From assembly GCF_964204865.1 (NCBI RefSeq), contig NC_135251.1:18290001-18354000 (forward strand): a stretch of 64,000 nt of DNA, written 5' to 3'. The DNA comes from Styela clava (lineage: Eukaryota). Below the pieces are notes generated by a model that worked only from the letters and a program-made list of their open reading frames with translations, was not told where the DNA came from and did not search any database. The position numbers were made by a program, and so were the translations under genes. Positions 13,248 through 27,000 of the stretch are shown here, in pieces (positions within the stretch are counted from its first letter, which is position 1; every line of letters starts with the position of its first letter).

Positions 13248-16200
13248 ATACAATATATCGTTATTCATTTATCGTTATATAATATATCAATATTGGTTTA
13301 AGAAATAGAGTGAAACCCAACAAGTCAAATCAAATATTATGTTTTGAATTTTTTTTTTCAAATTATACGCTTAATAATAATAAGTCGAACATGCTTATTT
13401 TTTCATAAGAAACTATTTACGTTTTGCATATTTTTTATGATTGACTGCCCTGCTGGCTAATTTTACGTTCATAATTCACGATTTCTTACCTGATCTCACA
13501 ATTACTTTTATGAAACATTTATCAACTCGTTTTGTAGCATTTTACTGGAAATTCAGAAATCGGTTAATTCCAAATCAGGAACCAAACCGCTGAGTAAGTT
13601 GCCCATCATGTGTCATGTTTTAAATTTACAGTGATTATATTTGCTAAAAGAAGATGATACTTTTCATTACATATTAACAATGAAAAATTTAATTAAACAT
13701 GCCAGAAACGGGCTTCTGTAAACACGCACCGCCCCCGTCTCACTCTTTCAATAATATTTGACTTATTGCTATTTTTGCACGTCAGTGGTCCCTTGCGAAT
13801 TTACTCAGTTCAACTTCTATAGTTAGTGCTCGAGGCCTTGTATTGAGCGAGCATATATATAACATTTTTATCGGCATTATTAATATTGACTATTTAACAA
13901 TTAAGCGATGTGATTCTATACACTTTGGATAGTTCACGCTTGTTGAACTATGCAAGTATAATTTTACTATAATTTTTGACATTGTGACACAATTTGTTAT
14001 TTGGCTTATGGGACGGAATAGATGATAACTTTGGAACATCTTCTATAAATATTTTATAATTTAATTAAATGTGACAGAATTGGAAAGAAAATAATAATAT
14101 GGTTGGTGATACGGTATCATGCGCAGTTATGTGAGTAATGGTACAGGACTGGCGCGCGAGTCAACTGTAAACCGGGTCGCACTAAAGATTAATTAAAAAA
14201 ATGAGACAATAGTCTCAAACCAGAATTATGAGTGAGCTCGCTTGTTTGAGACAAAATCTGTCTAAGGCCAAAAATATAAGCGAAATTACATATTATGTTG
14301 CTGATTTGAATTCCCGGAGTAGAATGGCTCACGTTATTCGAATAGAGATATTAGTATTCAAAGAGTCTATACTACAAAACAATAGTTTAGAATGAGCTAC
14401 ACGTACGATAGGGCTTATTTGTTGGTTTTGAAGTGAAGTCCAAATAGTCCTATAGTCTGCATCGGCAAGAAGTCCCAGGATCAGCGTAGGCCAGAATGAT
14501 ATGAAAGAAATTGTCATCGTGAAGAAAACTCAACGAATCAAGTAATTCAAGGAAAGCGAATTATGTTTGTTGGTTTCCTAATTGTTTAGTGGCCCCGATA
14601 CATAAAGCTAGGCAACGAAAAAAATCGTTCATTTATTCATTGCAGACAGAAAAAAACAATATTTTTATAATTAAATGCAATTTTGTATATATTCCGGATA
14701 ATGAATCAGATCGTTTTGTAAATTTATCATATGCTCTGTTAATCATATCTTTAAATCCGGTCCGATTAGACTTTACTATATTTATGAAAATATCAAAATG
14801 CTACTTTATCGTTTCAAGTTTACTAGAATAGTTATAATAGACTTGAGTACACTAGATCAATCTGTAAATCCGCGTTCAATCTATAATCGACAAATGATGT
14901 TGCAAATATATACTATTGCATCATCTTTCACAGCAAGAAACGTACTTTGTACCTTGTCTATTACAAACTTGTTTTGCTCAACCAGTGAATGCATGCTTAA
15001 CAGCAACTTTCAAACAGTCAATGTGTATTTTGTCCATTGTCGACAAGAGATGTCGCACCAGAAGACCATTTTAGCATTTTTATAGTAATAAACGTACTTT
15101 GTACCCGATGTTTTAAAAAACGACCCATTAAAAATTATCGCTTGTCTCACGAATCCCATGGCATATTTTAAGATTTATACATAGAAGTATTTTTTTTTAA
15201 TTAGTAAAGAATTGAACAAAAACCTATGGAAGTCGACATTTAGCATGTAAGATAAATGTAGCACATAGGCACAGAATACCTAAAAACAGAAGTATAGTGA
15301 GTTGACATATTTTTTTATATTTTGAAAATGTAATTTATTCATGAACGGCAGATATTCTCATGTTAGCTCAGCATGAGAGCACTTGAAAGTTTTCGTCACA
15401 TTTGTCAGTTTTACTAAAAAAAATGTTATATTTGTATATCATCTTTAAAGTGGCTTTTAGTCACCGGAGTGGGCAGCAAAAATACCCATTAGGTAGAGCG
15501 AGGGACATACTTGAGACGAGTTTTCTAGTTGACGACGATTTACATGCGGTCTAGGTGCCGCCAGATATATTGGGTTTCATCTTATTGTTAGCGGTGAATT
15601 GCTATTAATCGGCGTCATCGGTACCGTGAGAAATTTGTGGGATGACATCATTTGGATGATTTCGGGGTAACGAGCTTCTGACTTAAAACTAACCTAATTT
15701 CACCCTATATTATAAGATAGTTAATACTTAATAACACGTAGAAAGTAATAGTTTGCATTATTTGATTGATTCCATTCACATTTATCATCTCATACCAGGG
15801 GTAAATGGCAAATAAAAAGTAAATATAATCAAAACTTTTAATGTTTAAAAATTCCCTCTAGGACTAGTTATTTCTATTTTCATCACTACTAAAGTTTATG
15901 TAATAAAACGCTAAAGAATTTATTTCGCCAACACCTATTACATCTAAAATTCTCATTTCATACAAACAAACATATAAACAACACGATTTATTGAGTTGGA
16001 TTCAAAGAAGTACTTGAGACTTCAAAATCACTCTTCAACAGTTTACCAGTACATTAACAAGCTGGAGTGGAAAAGTAAGGCGACCTCAAGTTGTTTGATC
16101 GTCATTTTTAGTCTCAAAGGTTTTCAATAATTGCGGTTTTTATTGTGATATATATTGTGGTACCACTTCTAAACAAAACGAGATCACAACTTTACTTTGT

Positions 16201-19200
16201 TTCGCCGGGCTATACTACAGTGTATTATTAGAAGGCGGCAATATAAAGAAATTGACTACCAACGCCGAAAATGGACACGTTGTAACCTGTGCAACAGCCG
16301 GTTCGCTTGGAAGATTTGTATACAAAAAGGTACGTTTGCATATGCAATTAATTGGCTGTTATTTCATATTCACTTACAGCTTACAGGGAACTTATAGTTA
16401 TGAGTATATAAGTATGCCTTGCAATGCAGTTATTCACAAGCGATTCCGTTCATCTAAATATCATGGTTGTATGACATGATATGTATATATTTTAAATGAA
16501 ATATGGAAATTTTCATGCAGAATCAAATTACCATTATTGGTAGTTTTAGTTACGTATGTGTCATTATCGGAAATGTGTTTTCTTAGTATATACATATACC
16601 TAAACATGCCTTGCAAATGCATTAAAATAAGCCAGTAGATTAGGAAACTATTTTTATTACATTTAATCTGGACGTATGCACCCACGCATATCCAATGTGT
16701 ATAATCTAGTTATAGGCGATAAATTAATCCAATCCATGGCGTTATTGAACAAATAATATGATCGATAAGAACGGCACGCGACACATGTTGGTTTCTCTCG
16801 ATTATCACAGCGACCTCTGCATGACTCGATTGGAACAGATTCGAAGCACAACTGTCGTGTTTAAAATCGTATTTCAAATATAAGACTTTTCCTCATTGTC
16901 GAATGGAATATAATTTACCCTCATTGTTTTACTTCTTTCAATACCTGAATAAAATTTCTAAAAACTCTACAATCATGTGACATGTAACGTTATATGAGGA
17001 GGGACGGGTTAATAACCCTAATCGGAAAAGATTGCCGAACTTTATTGTCGCCTTTGCTATTGGTTCATAATGTAACTCCGAAAGCAATAATTGCATAATT
17101 CGCCACGAATAGAAATCGCAAAGTAGCTCCGCTGGGTCATATCATGCTATTGCATACTCATGCTATCAACTCATCACAAGTTGAACATTCAAAATTTACA
17201 AAACGTCTTGGGTTATGTACGATTGGTTATATCTGTGAAATACAAAAATGCATTTTGTGTTTGATAACCGATAATATGAACTCGGTGATAAGGCGCCCAT
17301 AAGTAGTTCCATTACGCCGACAAACGCAAAAAGAGCAAGCGTAGCGTACCTACGCACTGAAACGGCAGGTGACAACGTTAGAATCAATTTTAAAATTAAC
17401 CGCAACAAATATTCGATTGCTCTCGAGAGGGTTCTGCCCAGCGCAATATCTAGATTTGGCGGTGGCTGAAGCATTTATCAGTAACGGTTTAGCAGCTGCC
17501 CATCCATTTATTCATTACAAAATTGTATGCCATTCTGCGTTTAACATTAACGATATGTAAGCAAAAACTAAAACATAGGATTGTCGTGAAAATGAAAATT
17601 GTGTCTGTAAAATAATAAAAGTGACCAAGCAAATATGATATACTATTTGGAGTGAATGTTACGTAAAAATCGTCTTGTTTTCCCATCAATTTTTATAATA
17701 TTTTTCGGTTCTACTTTATCATCGATTGTACAACTCATTGTAACAATTTGTCAGACGGATAGAGTGATGAGAAACAACAGATGCGACGAGTTTACTTTAA
17801 ACACATGTATAGTTTGAAAGTTATGTCTGTAAAATTTCGCAGAGCGTCAAAATCTAATCACCCTATTTATAGACGCGCATCTTTATGTTTATACGACTAA
17901 GACGTTATAGTCCCTCTGCTACTAAATGAAATGAATTAAATTGCAAAAAATATAATGATTTAAAAAACAAAATGAAAAATATTTATTTATTGGTTTACTT
18001 CAGAAAAAATAATTTTCCACATTCACAAAGCTAAATCATTTTGTAGCAAATTTACTTTGTTTCATTGGCAATTTACTGCAAACCTAATGATTTCATTGAA
18101 TTAAAAAATAACCTTGATATGTAATAGTTCATATAGGATTTTCGGTGGTAAATACGGACTATCATGGTATAAACAAATATGTCACATTTTAGTAGCAATA
18201 ATTCACTGGTGTAGTGAACAATATTATTTTTCTTCGCTAATTTAAAATCCATCCTCCCAAATTACGCATAAAAAGATGCACACACACTCTAATATTTCTC
18301 ATTTTCATTTTTATCCTATGCAGGAATTTAGATTCGTCCAATATAAACTTGAGGCAAGTGAATTCTCGCTGATTCGTACACCAATGGCCTGTTTATATGA
18401 TTCTACATGTCGCATTGAATATTTTCAAATTGAGAATGGTATAATTGATCACTCGAGTATGTGACGACGAAACATGGGGCGGGTCAAAATTGCCGACTAA
18501 TTACAATAATCAATCAATTTTACGGCTTTTTTGTGTTAGTTTATTGTGTCATTTATACGATATTGTCTTGTATGTGGCACGTGTGGACAAATGCTTTGTT
18601 GATTTTATAATCGTCAATAGAATATCTTTTGTAATTCCTGGTATGATTTTAACGAAAGATCATATTTGAAACTTTTTTAAATTTTTGGTGTTAATTTCTG
18701 AACAAATCACCAAGGATAAATTTGTTTTGACGTTTCATGACGCGGTTGCAAAATAACTGTCCAATATAGTCGTCGACTTTTTCAAATGCAAAAGATAAGT
18801 CGACGGACCCGATTAAACAGAGAATAAAACCATTTGTCTTCGATATAAGTTATCGAGCTATGGGAATCATCAAATATTTTGTTTCGAGCGAGAACAGCTG
18901 AAACGATCTAATTGCAACATATTTCATAGAATACTACATCAATATACAAACATTTCTAAACAATAACACAGTGTATAACAACATTGTGTATTCTTATGGA
19001 TCAATTAAGATCCACTACAAGATATGCAGTACTTTCCACTCTATTCAATAAGTGGCCCTTCAGAAATAATAAACGCTGAGTACTATGTGCTGTAACAACA
19101 CTTTAAAACCCCCAAAAATCAATTATTCATCTTGTAGCTGGTATAATAGTTTCATTACGAACCATTACGCATGGATTGACAAACTATGATTATTTTTTAC

Positions 19201-20757
19201 AGCAAGAACAAGCAGACTATCAGATAAGCAGACTTGTTCAGAATTAGAAATCATAGTTTTGCCCTTGAAATGCACCATTTTGATGCTAGCCCTTTTGATT
19301 TGATTTTAACATAAATTTTTAAGCGTGATATGAGTTTGTGTGTCAATCGGGGAATGAAGATTTTTTGCGGTTTCGGTGTTTATTTAATAGCGGTGACAAA
19401 GTGAAATTTGCAACATATACCGTATATATTAATTAAACCAATTTTTGTTATCGTGGTTATCGAGCGGGAATTTCTTCCTGTATCACCTTATGGTAATATT
19501 GAAAGTACTGGAAGATGAATGAATTTTCATTTGGATACAATACAATCATAGATTGTATTTCAATGCATGTTAAAAGATAATGTCAAGATAAGTTTCACAT
19601 TCTTGTTGATAACATCATCGATCTTCGCCAATATTTGATTGCAATAAAATACGAAATAGGCACACACACGTTAGTGGAAGTGATACTTTTGCAAGAAAAT
19701 CTTATGCACTACGGCTGATTTGCAACATAGTGCCTGTGATAAATTTGTATTTGACGATTTGCTTTTGATTCGGACAGGTTAAAAGCAAATTGTTAGTTAT
19801 AGGAAGCATTGAAAATCTGATTCGTGCCGTAAAGGTTTTTCAGAAGTCATAGACCCGACGACCATACCGGAGAATTAAACAAACTTTGTATAGACCTTCC
19901 TAATTCACAGTGGAAATGATTTGTGGAGAAAAATTTTCAGACATCTAAGTAGGGATGTCCGACTTGTCCCACAGAGTTACAGTTCCTAGTTGTTGTCCGC
20001 ACCGTGCTTGTTTTTCGCAACAGGAATAAGAATGCAGAACGATAGTCAGCTAGAAGCGAGCGAGTTACGCGTATACTCTGTGGCATGGCAGACTTCTGAT
20101 TTTCGCAGACAAAAAGTATTCCAGTCATTCCACTGTATCAGAATACAGGTCAAAATTTTTTTTTTTTCAGTATGCGATTTGACTTGAAAGTAGAGAACGT
20201 GAGAGCACAACGACTTCCCGGCAACTAGAATTTTTTTGTCGTCATGACGCAACTTTTACGTACGAGCAATATTCTTCTGATATAATTGATTAAAATCCAC
20301 ATGTTTTTTGCTCGGAAACAATGCCGAGCAACGAACCCCGAAACAGGTCGTGCGAAAATGAATTATCATGTCAATATGTGTGTCACAATATGGTATTGTC
20401 GTTGTCAAGACATACATATATAGACCAAGGTGAAAGTAGTGAAGTATTCATTTTATTTTAAATTTTACTCTGATATGCCGTGCCTCTTGCATACAGCAAA
20501 GGTACTATTTTATCACGCAAATCTGAAATTTATTACGATCAGTTTGTCAGAGCGATACCGCAAGTGAGCCTATATTGTTATCATTGAAATTAATACATTC
20601 GAGATATTTAGGAAAAATAGACCTGTCTAGACCAAGTGCAGGGAGTTCGCAGTCGTCAACGTAGACAAACATCCAGTTGGAGCTCAATTTGTTCTGCACA
20701 AGCTGAGGGCATTTAAAAAACTACATGTTGCGACTTTTTTTTATCCGGTTCATTGTT

Positions 20758-20798
20758 TTAAATAGGATTTTGCCAATTAAATAGGATTTTGCCAATTA
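20758..20798. repeat. 19-bp perfect tandem duplication
   Basis: AAATAGGATTTTGCCAATT occurs twice in tandem. Confidence 0.85.
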
Positions 20799-22784
20799 TT
20801 TGGCCTAGGTCACAGTCCAAGGATAATTGCTACTTATTCAAGTGAGCAAATTGCATACGTGTTGTAGAATGGCCTCTGAAATTGGATTAGCTATTATTAA
20901 AGCAAAGAGATCCTGTCGTGTTCATTGTCTTTGCGAAGATAAATGCTACCTTTCATGGCCTGAGTACATGCCGAGCTTTTGTTTAATCAAACATATAGCG
21001 CAGCCAAGGCATCTGCCGCATGCATCGTAGAGAGATACGAAGAAACAATTATACCCGCTATGTTTGACAAGAGAAGCGAGCGGGCACCTGCTTCGAACGA
21101 CTGTCTGATAACGGTATTAGCTATTCATGTGCGCTGCAGAAACCGGGGATTAAATAAATAAATAATGTGATTGTAATAAATATTTGAATATTTGCGCGCG
21201 CGTCTGCCTAGCCAAATTACCCGCAGAGTATATTGCAGTCTTTCGTCTACTTGTTTGTAATATAAGTTAAAAAGGAACGAATGCAACTCATTCGTCAATT
21301 AATTTTACGACTTGAATGTTTATAGAAATTTACACAAAGACGATTTTTACGATCGGACGTTTCTGCCAGGAAGGTTTATGCTGTGATCAAACTGATGGTA
21401 TATTGGTTTAAAAAAACTTATCACCAATTTTGACAACTGAAAACTTAGCATCATCAAAATAAAATGCCTGCTTGGCCTAGCTATAAGTATTGGCATTGAT
21501 AATCAGGTTCACGCAGTTTTCTATATATCTGGTATTCAGCATTAATATTTCATATTAATTCAACGTTAATGCTGAAATAGTTTCCTTTCTATGATTATAA
21601 CGCAATAAGGCGATTAATGCATCCGGGGCGGTATTCCTTCAAGTTTGAATCTCTCGAGTTAAGACGGTTAAGCTAATCTTTTCCGTATTCAGTGATAGCG
21701 GCTGTTAGAAATGTAATAAATTCGAAACTGCATTGATATCTATAAGCGAGCTTAGTCAGGAGTATATTTTATATGAAACAAACAACCCGAGCGAGTCCCT
21801 CGGTGGACAACTGTCGCTTACTAGCAATAAAAGGATTAAACGGCGGCGAAAAGAGAGAAAAGTGTCGAAAAGTGGCACGTGCGCCAGCGCCTACAAAACA
21901 TTGCCGTACAAGTGCCGTTAGCGGCCAGATGGCCTTTCAAAATCACCCGATAGATAAAACGAGCGACAAAGAGTGACCGCCTGTTAGTCGATTGTATTTC
22001 GTGATGGGGTGAGGTGTCGAGATGATGTGGAAAATTTGGAAGAATTTATCTTAGAGTGCTAACTACGAAATTTAGTTTATATAATATTAACACGTAATAA
22101 GCATTTGATTGCATTTAGCATTTCGGGACAGATCCTTGAGGTTAGGTGTATGGTACATACATGTACTGTATCTTATTACAAGGACATCAGCCGGGTAGCT
22201 TTAGCGATGTCGTTTTCATTAATATGAAAAAGTACGATACGCGGAGTAACGTTAATTACGATTGCCATATGAAAAATAAATAATATTAGTTAATATAATA
22301 TAAACTAATTTGCGCCGTTAGTGTTGAATACCCAAAGTGATATTTTTCCTACGAGTGGTTTTCCTCAAAAAGTTTGCGATGTACCAATTCACATACTGCT
22401 ACCAGCATTTAGATAGAATCAATTTAGCATAGTGGTTTCGGAACAAAAGGCCAAACGAGAGTTCGGGTATTGATTACCATTTGGTTGAGGTCATGCACGT
22501 CAATGAATACCTTGAGATTTAGCACGGGCATTTGATCGCGTGGGTAAATTTTTCTCATTGTTGTACTTGGATTTAGGACCCAATAAGGTGATTAATCTGC
22601 CAGCCATACGTCCGCGTTTTTTAAAACTCAAATAAGGCGAGAGACGATGACTAAATCCTTCCGAATGTGGGCGCGATTCGATGTAGTCACAATATTGCGT
22701 AGAAGGGTATTGGATCACATTCTCGACAATAGGTCGATCGATGATGTATGGACATGTTAATATTCTATTTTTGTAAAGATTTTA

Positions 22785-24013
22785 TGTGAGAAAATGTTTA
22801 GTAGACAAATGTCGCGCCACTATTTCCCATGATAGCATTGCATTCTAGGGAAAGATTTTGCAGGGATTTTGCAAACCAAGAAAAACAGTAGTCTTGTATT
22901 ACGTGCTTTTGTAACAAACAAGTTAAGATATTCTTATTGAAAGTGGTTAGGTAGGGTGGTAACAAACCAGCCTTTTGTGTGATTTATGTTTATTTGGTGC
23001 TGGTTTTCAAGAGAATACTTTTGTCTCATCGCAGATACAAATAATATACATATAATTACCTACTATACAACGAACTTACCTACTTCGTCAACCTTTCAAA
23101 AACGAAGGTATAAAGAAAGTATAAACAAAGACGATTTTCAAGACGAAACTTTTGCACGCAAACTTTTCTATTGGATTGGATTACTGGTGTTATTCATCGG
23201 GAGTATAGAATACTAGATCTTATACTATAAAGAACGTTGACGAGAGCCCGAAATGGCCGGCTTTTGCTTTGTTTTGAACGTGTTAGTGGCGGTTCTGACG
23301 GTACATTTGTTGATCGTGGGAACCCCAGTTTATGCGGGTAAGTTTCATATATATTTTTGTTTACCTTTGTAACTTGTATGGATTTAAATTTCTGCTCCCT
23401 TTTCATAAGACTATATCATGTTTCGTCCATTTGTGATGTCGCATCAGAATAAACAGACATGAATATACACCGGGTCAGTACTTCACTTAAAAATGATATT
23501 GTATGGATCGCAAATGGACACTAATTGATAACAACAATTCAAATTAGTTGATATAAAGCTATATTTATAGTATATAGCTAAGTTTTATTATTGGTTGTCA
23601 TAATTGTGTTTATCATAATCTTTACAGATAATATTTTTGTGTAATTTGCTTTGCATTTGTGCAAACTTAGAAGTCTTAATCCACATGCCACGCACGCGTA
23701 AGTCGTGCGTACATGGTTTTATGAAAATCGTCTTTAAACTTTTGTGATCTCCACTTTGCGGATACATATTTGTTATTAAAATCGATAAAATATAAACTTT
23801 CCCACGGTTTTCATTTACGATAAAATGTAATCGACATTGTATCATCTATTATATCATATTTAATGTTATGGCGGCGTCCGGCACACGGCATGCCTTTGTG
23901 GCTTAGCAATACAGAGCATCACCTAAGGCGACAAATCAAATCTTCCATTCGTGGGAAAATGTCTCGGCGTAAAAGTTGCTAAAAGGCTTATGGTAAAGTG
24001 TGGCCTTCTCACG
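22785..24013. promoter_or_regulatory. Cluster of CSL/Su(H)/RBPJ consensus sites around exon 1 and intron 1 of the Delta-like gene
   Basis: YGTGRGAA matches: TGTGAGAA at 22785, CGTGGGAA at 23315, TTCCCACG at 23799, CGTGGGAA at 23950 and TTCTCACG at 24006. Confidence 0.55.
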
Positions 24014-27000
24014 GTCTCGCTAAAGCAACCAGTCATATTTAATCGCAAAATAACTGAGAAGCTATCATGCTCTGAAATTTGTCGTAAAAAGTAATCAAGG
24101 GCAATGAAATTAAGTTAGATCGTGCACGCCAGGAATTCAAACGAAATAGGGATAAAATAAAGAATGTGTTATCTGTCATTTGCGTGCCTGGGTGGCAAAC
24201 TATGTTTTAAGGCAATTTTCCATTAGGCTCAGTTTGTTCAGTAATCTGAGTACGGGTTTAGTAAGTTTATTGTAGTTACGACACACTGTCTAAAAGGGGT
24301 TCAAAACGAAATTGAAACTCAATCTAAGAGTATCGAATGCCCGGTGATTAGGCACAACCTTTTACAACAAATTGATTCATTTGGAAAAGTTATTAAGTTT
24401 CCATCGTAAGCTACATAATCGGGATGCATGTACGGCGATAATCACCAAGTACAATAGGAAATTTTTTTTTTTATTTTCAACTGCGAATTGGGATTAAAAA
24501 GGGATTTGAAGTATTATGGAACCATTAAACCCGCTTAATTTTGCGACTTTGTGAGTTCGACCGTGAAAGTCGACTTTGGTATTTACTTACTTAATCATTT
24601 TCAACTTCGTCATAATCCCTATCAACAAAATCATTCGGCAACTTTTATGGAAGCTTAAACATGCACAAAATATGGAATCCGTTTGCACGTTATTTCCCCT
24701 CGAGTGAATTTCAATAGCTTGTACCAAATCATTCGGAAATTGAAAATGTTATTAAATCATTTAGCAATAGACTTCATTGCATTTCACATGATTTGTTATT
24801 TGTATTTGACCTTGTTTTTCAGTAATTTGTTATCAATTCACCACATATGTCAGACCCGAAATGTTGTTGTTTAGCATCCATAGATAAATTTGGGCAGCCG
24901 TTTAGCGGAGTCTTGACAACTGTTACTTGACAGTTGTCGCAAGAGCTGACTAACCACGAGGATACGTTATATTTTACGGAAACTTTGCAATCTGCGCATT
25001 TAACCCTCTGGCCACAAGCCATCGCTCACTTGACCTGAGTTATCGTTGACTAATGTTAATAACGGGATAATATTTCTACGCACGCCTGTATTTGCGCCCA
25101 ATTATCGTCTGTTCTCTAGGTCGTTTCTTTTCAGTTTCACCATCTGCCATATTAGTGAGCAGAACGAAAATATGGCCGACGTTTGCCAAACAATAGCTAT
25201 ATTAACTCGCTGACGAAATTCGTTAACGAAGCGAAAAGTAGGGCTTATCAATCGCTTTTAATTATTCTTACCCTCCATTGGTTAAATTTATTATTGAGTT
25301 TAATGAAAAGTTAGTTATCGAATGTAGCTATCATCTATCAACATTAAATTTCTGATATTGACCATCCGGCAAAAATATGCACGTTCTTGGAAGTAAAAAC
25401 TACTTTGTCGCGCATTGTAAGAATCGTTCTAAAATCGAGGCAAACGCCCAACTCTTTGTCGACTATTATTAACACTTCGTCAGTAGAGCCTTGTGTATTT
25501 GTCCCCGAGGGACAAACATCGCTAGAAATATTCCGGTATCAAATAAACAACAATTTCCACCGTTCGATTTTCTTCGTTGAATCGTTTATGTGATAAACCC
25601 ATTAATTTTGATGTCATGATACGCGGCATGGCGCCCGTGGCTCCGTTCCACCTGTCGCAAAATCGACCGTATTGCCAACATGTCGCGTGCTAGATATCAT
25701 ATCACTAAAAACCAAGCTGTTCTATAGTTTATGCGTTCGTTACCAATATGTTTCAGTTTAAACTTATTTCCAAATTTGAATGTAAATTTTGTGTTTTTCT
25801 AACTATGGATTTTATTTTTACAGAGGATGTTCCATGCCCCGATAGATGCAACCTCAGACAAGGTTATTGTACTCCATTAGGTCAATGCAGGTAAGAATTT
25901 ATATTTTGTATTGTTTTGTTTGTTTTTAATGATAGATAAGAAATCGGAGCTTGTTCACTGAAATGCAATATTATAACATGCAGTACATTCCGTATAAGTG
26001 TAAAATAGTTTGGCATTCTTTGGGAATGTATATCACCTAAGGTTGCATACATTCAAAAAATATATAATATGCATAATCGTTCGTCCCATCATGTGACAAA
26101 TGTGGTATTCTGACAAAGTTCGATGGCACGCGCGGTCACAATATCTGTCCTTGGGGAACGCTTGAATATTACGCTGCACAGCTGACGGTTACGCGATCGT
26201 ATTGTACTTACTCATCGAGAGCTTGCTGGAAAGTTCGATTAACAATATATCCGACTAACATATTGCGTTTAATCTTATAGTACGATTAAAGTATGCCCAT
26301 GTGTCGCTTTTAGATATCCTATCAAAGTATTTTTGATGTGATATATGTTTAAAAAGCTGGGTTCAGGTCATGCCTGTGTATACTTAATATCTTGTGTGAT
26401 ATTGATATTCTATTTACGACATGATAGTAAATAGCCATGAATGGTTATGACATCACAGTCGTCTTAGTCATTATCACCAGCGAGGAGCGTATTTCCCCAG
26501 ATACTGACAGAATGTACTGGAATACGCAGTTGTGAATTACTTTTCGAAATTGTGGCACTGTTGTATTCATTTAACTTCACACCGACTATTGATCAGGCGT
26601 TTGGTTTAATTGAAGTGTGAATTAGTTTCTATCTTCTGTAGAATATAAGTATAAGTAATTGAGAGGCTCTGATGCCAATTCGAAGCAGACGTGGTTTAAG
26701 AAAGTTGCATAAGGTATTGGAGGATTGGATTAGTGAAGACTGGGGCGATTCTAGTGATAGCGACGATATATTTCTCCCACGAAGAAGCAATAGAAGCATG
26801 GTAAGAACCATGGAAAGCAGCAAATCGGACGCGGCGTCCAGTTCTACTAGCGAACACGTCGCAACTTCATCCGAGGACGAACGAATATCATCCAGAATGT
26901 CAAATGCATCTTCATCGGCCACTGATCAACTTCCTCCACCACCTAAATACGAATCGGTTATCCAACTTCCCGTGAAAGACTATACAGCTAGTAGCGAGAG

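Noticed and set aside
25900-26670. Heat-shock element for the sHSP
   Set aside because: Only a two-unit GAAnnTTC (~26229) was seen, not a canonical three-unit HSE.
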